From Kofleriaceae bacterium (GTDB taxonomy: Bacteria > Myxococcota_A > Polyangia > Haliangiales > Haliangiaceae), in assembly GCA_048500355.1 (NCBI GenBank), contig JASNYD010000006.1, positions 224,211 through 288,210 on the forward strand: 64,000 nt of DNA, given 5' to 3'. The stretch's first letter is position 1. Every line of letters starts with the position of its first letter. The position numbers and the translations under genes were made by a program. The notes beneath the pieces were generated by a model. That model saw nothing but the letters and a program-made list of their open reading frames with translations. It had not been told where the DNA came from and did not search any database. This document shows, in pieces, positions 1 through 9,890 of the stretch.

Positions 1-2428
1 CGACTTCAAGCCCGAGAACGTGCTGGTCGGCGCCGACGGCCGGGCGCGCGTGGTCGACTTCGGGCTGGTCGGGCTGCTCGCGCCCGAGCCCGTGTCCGGC
101 CCCGAGCCCGAGCCCGGACCCGAGCTCGCCGACGGCGACGGGCGCGACGGCGACGATCCCGGCGGGCTCACCCGCACCGGCGCGCTGGTCGGCACCCCGC
201 GCTACATGGCGCCCGAGCAACACGCGCGCCGGCCGGCCACCGCCCGCAGCGATCAGTTCGCCTTCTGCGTCGCGCTGTGGTCGGCGCTCGCCGGCGAGCC
301 ACCGTACCCGGTCGACTCGTACCGCGAGCTCGTGCTCGCCGTGCGCGACGGTCGCCGGCGCCCGCCGCCGCGCGACGCCCGCATGCCCGCCCACGTACGC
401 CGCGCGCTCGAGCGTGGCCTGGCGCCCGAGCCCTCCGTCCGTTTCCCGGACATGACCGCGCTCCTCGACCAGCTCGAGCGCGACCCGGCGGCGACGCGGC
501 GGCGCTGGTTCGCCGGCGTCGTCAGCGCGTCGGTGGTGGCCGGAGGTGTGGCGCTGGCCCTGGCGTGGAGCCCGACGCCGGCCGCCGGCCGCGACCGCGA
601 GCTCCTGTGCCGCGGCGGCGAGGCCCGCCTCGACGCCCTGGCCCCGCGCGCGACCCTCGACCGCGCCGTGGCGGCGCTGGCCGCGGTCGGCCTGCCCCGT
701 GGCGTGGCCGTCGCCGAGACCGTGCGCGCCCGCCTCGACGCCTACGCCGCGGCGTGGCTCGCGCAGCGGGGCGAGGCCTGCGCCGCGACCCGGCTGCTCG
801 GCGAGCAGTCCGAGGCCGTCATGGATCTGCGCATGACCTGCCTCGACCGCCGCGGCCGCGAGCTGGGCGCGCTCGCGGCCGAGATCGAGCGGGTCACGCC
901 GGCCGAGCTCGACCGCATGGTCCAGGCTACCTACCGGCTCACCCCGCTCGCGAGCTGCGAGGACGTCGCCGCGCTGCAGGCGCCGCTGCCGCCGCCCACC
1001 GACGCCGCCGCCCGCGCCGAGGTCGACGCGGTGGCCGGCGAGGTCGCGCGGGTGCGGGCGCTCCTCGACACCGGCCGCTTCGCGCAGGCGATCGAGGCCG
1101 GCCGGGCGCTGCGGCCGCGCGCCGAGGCCACCGCTCACCGCCCGACGCTCGCCGAGCTGTTGCAGGCGCTGGGCGACGCCGAGGCCCAGGCCGGCGAGAT
1201 CGCCGCGGCGCGGACCACCCTCGAGGCCGCGGCCTGGGCCGCCGAGGCCGGCCGCCACGACGCGGTGGCGGCCCGCGCCTGGACCGTCCTGGCGTTCGTC
1301 GCCGGCTATCTCGGCAGCGACGTCGACGACGGCATGCGCGCCGCGCGTCGCGCCGACGCCGCGATCCTGCGCATCAACGATCCGCCCGAGGCCCGGGGAC
1401 GCCTCGAGCTCAACCTCGGCGCGATCGCCTACGGGCGCGGCGACGGCTCGAAGGCGCTCGCCCACTGGCTCGACGCGCGCCGGCGGTGGGAGCAGGCGCT
1501 GGGCAGCGCCCACCCCGACGTCGCCCGCGTGCTCACCAACCTCGGCACGGCCTACGGCGACCTCGGACGCACCCACGACGCCGTCGCGGCCTATCAGCAG
1601 GCGATCGCGATCTGGACGGCGTCGATCGGCGATCGTCACCCGCTGGTGGGCGCCGCCCGCCACAACCTCGGCGTCCAGCTCCTGTGGAACGGCGATCCGC
1701 GCGCCGCCGAGGTCGAGCTCCGCCGCGCCCTCGCCAGCCTGGACGAGACGCTCGGCCCCGCGCACTCGACCGCGCTGGCGACCGTCGCCGATCTGGCGGC
1801 GGCGCTCCTCGAGCTCGACGGGCTCGACGAGGCCTGGCGGCTGCTCGAGCGCGCGCGCGCCGGGCAGGAGGCCGGCGGCGGCGTCCACCCCACGACCCTG
1901 TGCTTCCAGGCCGAGATCCTGCGGCGCCGCGGCCAGCTCGCCGAGGCCCGCGACCGCGCCGACCAGGCGCTCGCGATCGTGCGCGCGGGGGAGAGCGGTG
2001 GGCCGCGCTGGATGCCCGCAGGGACCGCGCTCGCCGCGCTGGCCGCGATCGAGATCGACGCCCGGCGGTTCGCGGTCGCCGAGGCCCACGCCCAGGCCGC
2101 GGTCGAGGACCTGGCGCGGACCTTCCCTGCGGACTCGCCCTGGCTGGCGGCGCCGCTGGTGCTCCTGGCCGAGGCCCGCCTCGGCCGCGGTCGCCACGCC
2201 CTCGCCGCGGCGGCGGTCGAGCGCGCCGCCACCATCCTGGCGCCCGGCCACCACCCCCGGATCGAGGCCCACGCCGCGCGGGTGCGCGCCGCGCTCGCCG
2301 CCGCCGCCGGGCAGCCCGAGCAGGCGCGCCTCGTCCTCGACCAGGCCCACGCGGCCCTGGTCGCCGATGGCCTCGGTGAGACCGAGGCTGCCCGCGCCCT
2401 CATCGCCGCCCGGGCCGCCCTGCGGTGA
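1..2428 (+). CDS. Ser/Thr protein kinase with long C-terminal TPR-repeat region (5' partial; gene starts upstream of window)
   Basis: Frame beginning at nt 2 reads DFKPENVLVGADGRARVVDFGL...GTPRYMAPEQ (kinase catalytic loop, DFG and APE motifs), followed by ~550 aa of TPR-like helical repeats; stop at 2426-2428. Confidence 0.85.
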   Translation, partial: DFKPENVLVGADGRARVVDFGLVGLLAPEPVSGPEPEPGPELADGDGRDGDDPGGLTRTGALVGTPRYMAPEQHARRPATARSDQFAFCVALWSALAGEPPYPVDSYRELVLAVRDGRRRPPPRDARMPAHVRRALERGLAPEPSVRFPDMTALLDQLERDPAATRRRWFAGVVSASVVAGGVALALAWSPTPAAGRDRELLCRGGEARLDALAPRATLDRAVAALAAVGLPRGVAVAETVRARLDAYAAAWLAQRGEACAATRLLGEQSEAVMDLRMTCLDRRGRELGALAAEIERVTPAELDRMVQATYRLTPLASCEDVAALQAPLPPPTDAAARAEVDAVAGEVARVRALLDTGRFAQAIEAGRALRPRAEATAHRPTLAELLQALGDAEAQAGEIAAARTTLEAAAWAAEAGRHDAVAARAWTVLAFVAGYLGSDVDDGMRAARRADAAILRINDPPEARGRLELNLGAIAYGRGDGSKALAHWLDARRRWEQALGSAHPDVARVLTNLGTAYGDLGRTHDAVAAYQQAIAIWTASIGDRHPLVGAARHNLGVQLLWNGDPRAAEVELRRALASLDETLGPAHSTALATVADLAAALLELDGLDEAWRLLERARAGQEAGGGVHPTTLCFQAEILRRRGQLAEARDRADQALAIVRAGESGGPRWMPAGTALAALAAIEIDARRFAVAEAHAQAAVEDLARTFPADSPWLAAPLVLLAEARLGRGRHALAAAAVERAATILAPGHHPRIEAHAARVRAALAAAAGQPEQARLVLDQAHAALVADGLGETEAARALIAARAALR

Positions 2429-2544
2429 CCGCGCCGCCGGCGCGCTGACGACGGGCCGGCGGCGCGACGACGACGCGTCGTCACCGCGCGCCCCGGCGCC
2501 GCCCAAGCTCGCGGATCGACGGGCCGTCGCCACCGGCACGCCGC

Positions 2545-3117
2545 GTGCTGAAGCGGCGGACCATGCAGCCAACGAGCCCGCACCAACCATCGTCCACCGT
2601 CCCCGGCGCCGACCGCGCCGCCAACCCGGCCCAGACCGTCGGCATCCTCCTCGCCGTCTGCGCGCTCGCGCTGGCGATCGGGATGTTCACGCGCTCGTGG
2701 GGCACGGCCAGCGAGGGCCGCGCCGAGATCGCGATCGGCCTCGTCGGCATCGAAGGCTGTCACGGCGGCGACTGCCGCGCGCTGGAGTGGAGCCGTGCCG
2801 GCCGGACCCTCGACCTCCCCGGTGACGTCACCGGGCTGCGCATCCCGGCCCTCCTGCTCGCCATCGCCGCGCTGGGCGCGGTCGGCACCGCCGCGGGCCT
2901 CGCGCTCAGCGGCCGCGTGCGATCGATCCCCGTCAAGCCGCTGGTCGGCGTCATCGCGACGGCCGCCGGGCTCCTGACCCTGTGGACGCTGCGCCTGGCG
3001 ACGTCGGACCGCGACGTCGACATCGGGCCCGGCTTCTCGGCCTTCCTCGCCGTCGGCGCGCTCGTCGCCGCCAGCGCCCTCCTCCGCACCAAGGTCCGCG
3101 CCCTCGCGGCCGCCTGA
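2545..3117 (+). CDS. hypothetical membrane protein (4 predicted TM segments)
   Basis: 190-aa ORF with ATG, hydrophobic stretches (ILLAVCALALAIGMF, ALLLAIAALGAVGTAAGLAL, LVGVIATAAGLLTLW, FSAFLAVGALVAASALL); no recognisable family. Confidence 0.4.
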   Translation: MLKRRTMQPTSPHQPSSTVPGADRAANPAQTVGILLAVCALALAIGMFTRSWGTASEGRAEIAIGLVGIEGCHGGDCRALEWSRAGRTLDLPGDVTGLRIPALLLAIAALGAVGTAAGLALSGRVRSIPVKPLVGVIATAAGLLTLWTLRLATSDRDVDIGPGFSAFLAVGALVAASALLRTKVRALAAA

Positions 3118-3142
3118 CTCACTCATCGAAAGGACCCCGACC

Positions 3143-3763
3143 ATGCTTCGCTCCCTCTTCGTCCTCGTCATCGCGACCCTCTCGTTCACCGGCGTCGCGC
3201 TCGCGCAGAAGGCGCCGCCCCCGCCGCTCCCCGCCGGGAGCTGCGCCAAGCGGAAGGACTGCGTCCGCCAGCCCACCTGCGCCGCCGGTCAGACCCTGGT
3301 GGCGCTCCCCGCCCACAGGTTCGTGTGTCGGGTGTCGTCGACCCAGGTCGAGGCCAAGGAGGCTCCACGCTGCGAGCGCGGCGCCCTCGTGGTCGCGGAG
3401 GGCTTCGACTACTGCGAGTGGACGGTCACCGACGACCCGTGGTGCGCGCGTCATGGCGGTCACAACGACTGGGCGTTCGCCGACGGCAAGTGCATCCGCC
3501 AGAAGGCCAACAAGCAGGTCGAGCAGGAGACCCAGAACATCCGCTGCGACGACGGCCTGAGCTACAACGCGACCGCCAAGCGCTGCACCGGCAAGCGCCG
3601 CCAGCACTTCTCGTTCCTGCCCACCGCCGGCGCCGCCTACACCGAGCAGGCGTGCGACGCCGTGCTGCCCGGCTCGACCTACCTGGCCGACTTCGCGGGC
3701 CGCGGCGACCAGTGCGTGAAGCTCGACGAGAGCACCACCTGGTTCCCGCCGACCTGGAACTGA
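3143..3763 (+). CDS. secreted cysteine-rich hypothetical protein
   Basis: ATG start, N-terminal signal peptide MLRSLFVLVIATLSFTGVALA, 14 Cys, non-repetitive composition unlike the spurious GC-frame ORFs; GGA-rich RBS-like sequence upstream. Confidence 0.5.
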   Translation: MLRSLFVLVIATLSFTGVALAQKAPPPPLPAGSCAKRKDCVRQPTCAAGQTLVALPAHRFVCRVSSTQVEAKEAPRCERGALVVAEGFDYCEWTVTDDPWCARHGGHNDWAFADGKCIRQKANKQVEQETQNIRCDDGLSYNATAKRCTGKRRQHFSFLPTAGAAYTEQACDAVLPGSTYLADFAGRGDQCVKLDESTTWFPPTWN

Positions 3764-3820
3764 CGCCGCCCCGGGCCGCTCGCCCGCCGCGCCGCTCTGC
3801 TACCTTGCGGTGATCCGGCC

Positions 3821-5395
3821 ATGAGCAAGCGCGATCTCGAAGCTCGCCTCGACCGTCAGGTGCGGCTGTGGCACGATCTGCGCGCCCTGGTCAGCCGCCT
3901 CGCCGCGGTCGCCGACCGCGCCACCTTCCTCGACGACGTGCTCGACACCCTGGTCGAGTCGCTGGGCGCCGATCGCGGCCTCATCCTCCTCACCGACGAC
4001 GCCGGCGAGGCCCACGCCATCAACGCGCGCGGCCGCGGGCGCGCGCTGCCGCCGGCGGAGCGCGACGAGATCAGCCGCACGATCGTCGCCGAGGTCCACC
4101 GCAGCGGGCGGCCGGTGCTGTGGGAGGTCGGCGCCGCGGGCAGCGACAGCCAGCTCTCGCTCGGCATCATGAGCGCGCTGGCCGCGCCGCTGCGACCGGC
4201 GCGGGGCGCGACCGCCGCCTTCACCCGCGGCGTGGTCTACGTCGACTTCCGCGAGGTCGACCGGGTGGTGGGCGAGCTCGAGCGGGCCTTCCTCGAGACC
4301 GCCGCCGATCTGGTCTCGGTGGTGCTCGAGCGCAACGAGGCGCTGGCCACGACCCGCGAGCAGCTCCGCGAGGCGCTGATCCGCGATCCCGCCCTGCCGC
4401 GGACCCCCGCGCTCGACGTGCTCCTGGCCCCGCCGTCGATGGCCCCGGTGCGGGCCGAGATCGAGGGCGCGGTCGCCAGCGACCTGCCCATCCTCATGCT
4501 GGGCGAGTCGGGCACCGGCAAGACCCTGCTCGCGCGAGCCATCGCCGAGGCCGGGGGCCGGGTCCCGATCGTGCGCGCGGTCCTCGGCATGTCCGACGAT
4601 CTCAACACGATCGCGTCGGAGCTGTTCGGCCACGAGCGCGGCGCGTTCTCGGGCGCGCTCGGCCGCCGCACCGGGTTGGTGGAGCACGCCGACGGCGGGA
4701 CCCTGATCCTCGACGAGATCCTCAACCTGCCCCTGCACGCCCAGCAGCTCCTGCTCGACTTCACGCAGTTCGGCGTCTTCCGTCCGCTCGGGCACGGCGA
4801 GGCTGCGCCCCGCCGCTCGCGGGTCCGCCTGATCTGCGCCACCAACGGCGACGTCCGCGCCGCGGTCCGCGCCGGTCGCTTCCGCGAGGACCTCTACTAC
4901 CGCATCGGCGCCATCACGATCACGGTGCCGCCGCTGCGCGACCGGCGCGAGGACGCGCCGTCCCTCGCCGAGGGCTACCTGCGCCGGATCGATCCCGATC
5001 GCGCCTGGGTGCTGTCGCTCGACGCCCGCCGCCGGCTGGCCGCGCCCGACCTGGCCTGGCCCGGCAACGTGCGGCAGCTCGAGGCGGCGGTCCACCGCGC
5101 CCGCGATCGCGCCCGCGCCCGCGGCCTCGACGGTCCCACCCTCGACCTGGCCTGCTTCGACGAGCGCTGGCTGCGCGGCGAGCCCGGCGCCGCCGGTCCC
5201 CCGGCCACCGGCGAGCTCCTCGACGAGTGGCAAGCCCTCGACGGCGATCGGGACCGCCTCGACGCCCGGGAGCGCGACCTCATCCTGCGCGCGCTGGCCG
5301 CCGCCGGTGGGGTGGTCGCCCACGCCGCCGCCGCGCTCGGCCTGCCGCGCACCACGCTCGCGAGCCGCATGCAGCGGCTCAAGATCAAGGCCTGA
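3821..5395 (+). CDS. sigma-54-dependent transcriptional activator (GAF sensor + AAA+ sigma54-interaction + Fis-type HTH)
   Basis: Walker A GESGTGKT, GAFSGA sigma54-contact motif, ELFGHERGAF, C-terminal HTH (LGLPRTTLASRMQRLKI); N-terminal GAF-like domain. Confidence 0.85.
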   Translation: MSKRDLEARLDRQVRLWHDLRALVSRLAAVADRATFLDDVLDTLVESLGADRGLILLTDDAGEAHAINARGRGRALPPAERDEISRTIVAEVHRSGRPVLWEVGAAGSDSQLSLGIMSALAAPLRPARGATAAFTRGVVYVDFREVDRVVGELERAFLETAADLVSVVLERNEALATTREQLREALIRDPALPRTPALDVLLAPPSMAPVRAEIEGAVASDLPILMLGESGTGKTLLARAIAEAGGRVPIVRAVLGMSDDLNTIASELFGHERGAFSGALGRRTGLVEHADGGTLILDEILNLPLHAQQLLLDFTQFGVFRPLGHGEAAPRRSRVRLICATNGDVRAAVRAGRFREDLYYRIGAITITVPPLRDRREDAPSLAEGYLRRIDPDRAWVLSLDARRRLAAPDLAWPGNVRQLEAAVHRARDRARARGLDGPTLDLACFDERWLRGEPGAAGPPATGELLDEWQALDGDRDRLDARERDLILRALAAAGGVVAHAAAALGLPRTTLASRMQRLKIKA

Positions 5396-5408
5396 GCGCG
5401 CCCGCGCG

Positions 5409-6242
5409 CTACTTCGCGGCGAGCGTCGCGTCCTCGACGATGACCGGGTACACGTAGCCGGCGCCGAAGTCCTTGTTCACGGCCAGGGTGCCGCGGACCA
5501 CGACGACGTCGCCGAGGGTGGCGGGCGGGGCGCTGGCCGCGGTGGTCACGGTCAGGTCGGCGGTGCCGTCGTGGACGTGGACCCAGTTGCGGCCCATGAT
5601 CCCGGCGTTGAACTTGACGACCTTGCCCCGGGCCACCACCGGCTTGCCGGCGAGCGCCGGCGCCCGGGCGAGGAGGGCGGCGATGGTCTGCCCGCCGGCG
5701 ACCGGGGCGATCGTCTCGGCGCTGGTCGGCGCCGTGGGCGGAGCATGCCCCGGCGCCGACGGGGTGGTGACCACCGCCGCGCCGGGCGCGCCGGCGCCCT
5801 CGACCGGCGGCAGCCCGGGCACGAAGTGGATGCGGGGGAAGGTCCGGCCCAGCGTGTTGCTGGTGAAGTCGGTCATGACCGTGCCGGTCACGAAGATCAC
5901 CTTGGCGCCGACCGCGAGCGGCGCCTCGGGCGCGGCCGCCCACGCCTCCTCGCCGCCGAGATCGAGGCGGGCGTAGGTGTAGCCGCCCGAGCTCATGGTC
6001 TCGAGCACGGTGCCGACGCGATCGCCGGGCGCGGTCGTGGGGGTGCCCGCGGCGTGCGGGGCCGGCGCGCTCGGCGGGACGACCGGCGCGCTCGGCCGCG
6101 CCGGCTGCGCGGCGACCGCGGGCAGGTCCTTGGCCGGGGGCAGCCCCTGCGGCGGCTCCTTGCTGCAGGCGGCCGCGAGGAGCCCGGCGGCGGTGGCCGC
6201 GATCAGGAACGGACGCGAGGCGAGCGGGGGGACGGGGCGCAT
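5409..6242 (-). CDS. hypothetical lipoprotein (two repeated OB-fold-like modules), last gene of cytochrome operon
   Basis: Start MRPVPPLASRPFLIAATAAGLLAAAC (lipobox LAAC) 24 nt downstream of the multiheme cytochrome stop; internal duplication (G(A)KV.FV.G/RG.V..FN.G....F); ORF-track frame extends further upstream but that overlaps the preceding gene. Confidence 0.6.
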   Translation of the reverse strand: MRPVPPLASRPFLIAATAAGLLAAACSKEPPQGLPPAKDLPAVAAQPARPSAPVVPPSAPAPHAAGTPTTAPGDRVGTVLETMSSGGYTYARLDLGGEEAWAAAPEAPLAVGAKVIFVTGTVMTDFTSNTLGRTFPRIHFVPGLPPVEGAGAPGAAVVTTPSAPGHAPPTAPTSAETIAPVAGGQTIAALLARAPALAGKPVVARGKVVKFNAGIMGRNWVHVHDGTADLTVTTAASAPPATLGDVVVVRGTLAVNKDFGAGYVYPVIVEDATLAAK

Positions 6243-6265
6243 CCCGCACATGTAGCACGACCAGG

Positions 6266-7900
6266 TCAGGGCACGGTCGCCCGCGCGCTGACCAGGCGGA
6301 GCGCCGACTCGACCGCCATCGCGTCGTAGTAGGTGACGAAGCGGCGCGTCTCGAACGCGTCGTAGGCACGGAGGTTGTCCGCCCACCGGTACCCGATGGG
6401 CTGGTACCAGAGCTCGACCTCGAACGTGAACGGCCCGGTCGCGTCCCCGATCCCGATCGCGTAGCGCACGCGATCGGCCCCCGCGCCGAAGTCGGGGTCG
6501 GCGAGCGCCGCGCCCTGGACGGCGACCTCGGGCGGCGCGGTCGGCTTGTCGAACCCGGCCGGCAGCAGGCGGTTGTCCTTGAGGTAGGTCACGGCGGTCA
6601 GGAGGCCGGTGGTGACCGCGCCGTCCGGACCGCCCAGGATCGCCTCGTAGATCTGGACCTGCTCGGGCGACGTGATCTCGGCGTGGTGCGGCTCGAAGCG
6701 CGACGGGTCGAGATCGTTGTCGTTGCCGTCGATCGCCCCGGTCGCCGCCAGGCCGCCCGACGCGAACACGACCCGGCCAGCACCATCGGTGACGGTCACG
6801 CGCAGCCAGACCCGCCGCGACGGGTAGGCCGTCGGCAGCTTGTGGCCGGCGAGGTTCTCGACCACGACCTCGGCGACGAGCCGGGCGCCGTCACGATCGA
6901 TCGTGGCGACGGTGACACGCGCGGCGTGCGCCTGCAGGAACTCGCGGGTGCGCGTGACCGCGGCGTCGAGCTCGAGCGGCGTGGCGACGACGCCGAGCTC
7001 GGATCGGTAGCGGTTGAGCACGGCCAGCATGAAGAAGTTGGCGCCGCGGAAGTCGTGACGCGACACCCGGGACCGAGGCGGCCCCAGGACCGAGGTGATC
7101 GGCGTCGGCACCCCCACCTCCGGCATGTGACAGGACTGGCAGCTCCGGGTGTCGCGGTAGGCGCTGTGCAGCCACTCCTCGTACGGCACCTGCTCCGGCA
7201 GCTCGCCGATCACCTCGCCGCCGGCGCCCAGGGCGTGGGTGTAGAGGCTGTGGCAGGTGGCGCACAGCTCCGAGCGCTGCACGTGAGGGGAGGTGGTCGG
7301 GACCGCGCCGGTCGCCGACGACATCACCCGGGCGTGGCCGCGCCCGACCTCGTACGGGCCGAACATGGGCCGGGCGCCGGCGCCGGCGCCGAGGACGAAC
7401 CCGCCGGTGAAGCTGGCGCGGTCGCCCAGCCGCTGGTCGGTGATCTGGTGACACAGGCTGCACGACACGCCATCGAGGGCCAGCGGGTCGGCGGAGGGCG
7501 GGACACCGTCGGGCCCGGCGGTGTGCGCGAACACCGACTGCGGCGCGCCCGCCCCCCGCGCGACGGCGTGCGCCATGGGCATGTGACACTTCGAGCACTC
7601 GTCCTCGATCGCGGCCTGCGCCGCGGGATGGTCGAGCACCTCGCGGCGGACCGCGGCGTGCCAGTACGGATCCCGCGCCGCGTTGGCCATCATCGAGGCG
7701 CGCCAGGCCGGGCCGAAGGAGATGTCCTCACCCGACGGCGTCACCAGCCCGTCGTGGCAGACCATGCACCGGGTCGCGAGCTCGAAGCGGGGGGGCGCCG
7801 CGGCGCCCGGCGCCGGCCCGTGCGCGCCCGGCGCCGGCGAGCTGCAGGCCACCATCAGGGCGAGCCCGATCGCGACCGACGTGGGAGGAAGCGTGGCCAT
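6266..7900 (-). CDS. multiheme c-type cytochrome (5 CxxCH haem-binding motifs)
   Basis: 544 aa with signal peptide; CMVCH, CSKCH, CSLCH, CATCH, CQSCH motifs. Confidence 0.85.
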   Translation of the reverse strand: MATLPPTSVAIGLALMVACSSPAPGAHGPAPGAAAPPRFELATRCMVCHDGLVTPSGEDISFGPAWRASMMANAARDPYWHAAVRREVLDHPAAQAAIEDECSKCHMPMAHAVARGAGAPQSVFAHTAGPDGVPPSADPLALDGVSCSLCHQITDQRLGDRASFTGGFVLGAGAGARPMFGPYEVGRGHARVMSSATGAVPTTSPHVQRSELCATCHSLYTHALGAGGEVIGELPEQVPYEEWLHSAYRDTRSCQSCHMPEVGVPTPITSVLGPPRSRVSRHDFRGANFFMLAVLNRYRSELGVVATPLELDAAVTRTREFLQAHAARVTVATIDRDGARLVAEVVVENLAGHKLPTAYPSRRVWLRVTVTDGAGRVVFASGGLAATGAIDGNDNDLDPSRFEPHHAEITSPEQVQIYEAILGGPDGAVTTGLLTAVTYLKDNRLLPAGFDKPTAPPEVAVQGAALADPDFGAGADRVRYAIGIGDATGPFTFEVELWYQPIGYRWADNLRAYDAFETRRFVTYYDAMAVESALRLVSARATVP

Positions 7901-7922
7901 GGGATCCTCGCGAAGCTGGTGG

Positions 7923-9041
7923 CTACCAGCCGGTCAGAAAGCCTCCGTCGTACCAGTCCCAGATCAGGTAGGTCATGACCTGGGTGGGGCGCTCGACGCG
8001 ATCGGTGACGGGTACGCGCACTCCGACGCTGGCCACCACGTGCTGGCGGGCGCTGAGCGTGACCTGGAGCTGGGGCACGACGTCGACGTCGAGCCGGGCG
8101 TCGTCGGCCACGGCGCGGGCCCCCAGGAGCTCCACCATCGGCGACCAGGCGCGACCGTGGCCGCCGTCGGCGAGCAGCCGCCGGCCGGCGACGGCGCGCG
8201 CGAACAGCTCGTCGGGGTGGTCGCGATCGATCGGGACGGCGCCGCCGAGCTGGAGCTGGAGGAACGTGCGCGCGGTGAGGAGCTGGCCGTAGGCGACGAA
8301 GGCCTCGACCACGGTCGCGCCGCCGCCGATCCCGCGCTCGGTGCTGCCGGTGGGGACCACGAGCTCGCCGGCGACGCTGACGATCGCGCCCCGGGGCAGG
8401 CTGTGAGCGAGCACGCGCTTGTAGGCGAACGCGAGGTCGCCGACGCCGCCGCGCCAGTCGCCGGTGGCGTCCTCCACGAGCGACACCGGGACCACGACCT
8501 CGACCTGGGCGCGCGCGCCGAGCCGCCGCGCGTAGACGAAGCGCGTGGTCACCGCGCCCTGATCGGCGATCACTCGCAGCGCCGCCTCGTCCTCGGGGAA
8601 GGCCTTGGAGGTCACCTGGGCGCGCGGCAGGTTGAGTTCGCCTCGCGGCCAGCCGTCCTCCACGCAGAAGGTGCGGACGTGGGTCACGATCCGCCGCAGC
8701 TCGTCCACGGTGAGGAGCTCGGCGAACGACGGCATCTGCCGGTCGAAGCCGCGGGCCGGACCGCCCCCGTGGGCGACGGCGATCCAGTCGTTGTCGGGCT
8801 CGCGGCTGGCGAAGCTGCAGTCGGTGAGGTCCGGTGGCTGGAGCGGCAGCGACGACGCCGCGGCCGCGCCCCCCCGACCATCGCTGCCGTGACACGCCGC
8901 GCAGGCCGCCTCGTACAGCTCGCGCCCGCTGCGAGCGGTCGCGGTGGCGGCGGTCCCCGCCACCCACGCCATCACGGCCGCGGCGGCAGCCAGGATCCGC
9001 AGCCCGCAAGCCGTGCGCGCCCGAACGCTGGTCGTGACCAT
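7923..9041 (-). CDS. cytochrome c domain protein (single CxxCH) with C-terminal domain of unknown function
   Basis: CAACHGSDGRG haem motif after a signal-like N-terminus; ATG (MVTTS...) chosen; ORF-track start at 9059 is a TTG; stop 23 nt before the multiheme cytochrome start (operon). Confidence 0.7.
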   Translation of the reverse strand: MVTTSVRARTACGLRILAAAAAVMAWVAGTAATATARSGRELYEAACAACHGSDGRGGAAAASSLPLQPPDLTDCSFASREPDNDWIAVAHGGGPARGFDRQMPSFAELLTVDELRRIVTHVRTFCVEDGWPRGELNLPRAQVTSKAFPEDEAALRVIADQGAVTTRFVYARRLGARAQVEVVVPVSLVEDATGDWRGGVGDLAFAYKRVLAHSLPRGAIVSVAGELVVPTGSTERGIGGGATVVEAFVAYGQLLTARTFLQLQLGGAVPIDRDHPDELFARAVAGRRLLADGGHGRAWSPMVELLGARAVADDARLDVDVVPQLQVTLSARQHVVASVGVRVPVTDRVERPTQVMTYLIWDWYDGGFLTGW

Positions 9042-9043
9042 GC

Positions 9044-9072
9044 CGGCGGGTCGTTGCAAGCCCAGCGCCAGC
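9044..9072 (-). promoter_or_regulatory. candidate sigma-54 (-24/-12) promoter element TGGCGC-N5-TTGCA upstream of the cytochrome operon
   Basis: Minus-strand sequence CTGGCGCTGGGCTTGCAACGACCCGCCGGCATG matches TGGCAC-N5-TTGCW at 10/11 positions, but lies very close to the start codon (TTGCA ends 13 nt before ATG). Confidence 0.25.
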
Positions 9073-9191
9073 GCGGCGCCGTGGCGGGCGGCCTCGTGGT
9101 CCGCCCCGACCGATCGGCGTGCGCGTCGGAGCTCACCGCGCGCGGCCCTTGCGGCGCCGCGCGGCGCGAAATGGTCGCCCCCCCGCTGGCG

Positions 9192-9761
9192 TCAGCGGAA
9201 GCGATGACCGACGTGGAGCGCGGGGAACACCATCCACGGCGAGCGCGCGAAGGTCGCGCCGTCCAGCGTGACGTCGCCGGCGCCGAGCGAGCGCCCCACC
9301 GCGAGCCAGGCCGTGGCGTAGAACCGCGCCGGCAGGTCGAGGCGCCAGCCGGCGTGGACATCGACGCTGACCTCGCGCGCGTCGTGCGCGAGCTGGGTGC
9401 CGTCACGAGTCACCGTGAAGCGGACGAGGCCGAGGCCGACGCCGACGAAGCCCCCACGCTGCTGCGGCGAGGCGAAGGCCTGCAGCTTGGCGCCGTAGCC
9501 GTGGAACGCGGCGGCGAAGCCGTCGTTGCCGTGGATGAAGCCGGGCACGTCGAGGGCGAACGCACCGAGATCGACGCGGAGGCGCCCGGCGCCCGCGCCG
9601 ACGTGGAGGGAGTAGCCGCCGAGCGCGTACGCCGTCGGGTCGACCTCGGCGTCGGCGCGGAGCCCGACGGGCGCGGCGGGCCCGCTCGCGGGATCGGCGG
9701 CCGGCGCGCCGGCGACCACCATGATGGCGGGGAGGGCGAGGGCGAGACCCTGGCGGGCCAT
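9192..9761 (-). CDS. small outer-membrane beta-barrel-like secreted protein (hypothetical)
   Basis: ATG at 9761 gives MARQGLALALPAIMVVAGAPAA signal peptide; alternating amphipathic beta-strand pattern; C-terminal ...HVGHRFR with terminal aromatic; the 546-aa ORF-track frame upstream of this ATG is Arg/Gly junk. Confidence 0.55.
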   Translation of the reverse strand: MARQGLALALPAIMVVAGAPAADPASGPAAPVGLRADAEVDPTAYALGGYSLHVGAGAGRLRVDLGAFALDVPGFIHGNDGFAAAFHGYGAKLQAFASPQQRGGFVGVGLGLVRFTVTRDGTQLAHDAREVSVDVHAGWRLDLPARFYATAWLAVGRSLGAGDVTLDGATFARSPWMVFPALHVGHRFR

Positions 9762-9890
9762 CCGGTGCGTGCAGGAGACGTGGTCCATGCCGTGACGGTG
9801 GGTCCACCTTGGGTCGCGACCGTTGACCCGGGGCGCCCCGAGGATTGACCTTTGACGCCAGCGCCCGGCCCGGGCGGCTAGACTGCCGCG

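Noticed and set aside
277-3560. Alternate-frame and antisense ORFs over the first kinase and neighbours (277-2379 +, 1636-3276 -, 2982-3560 +)
   Set aside because: Arg/Pro/Ala-rich, and they overlap better-supported genes.
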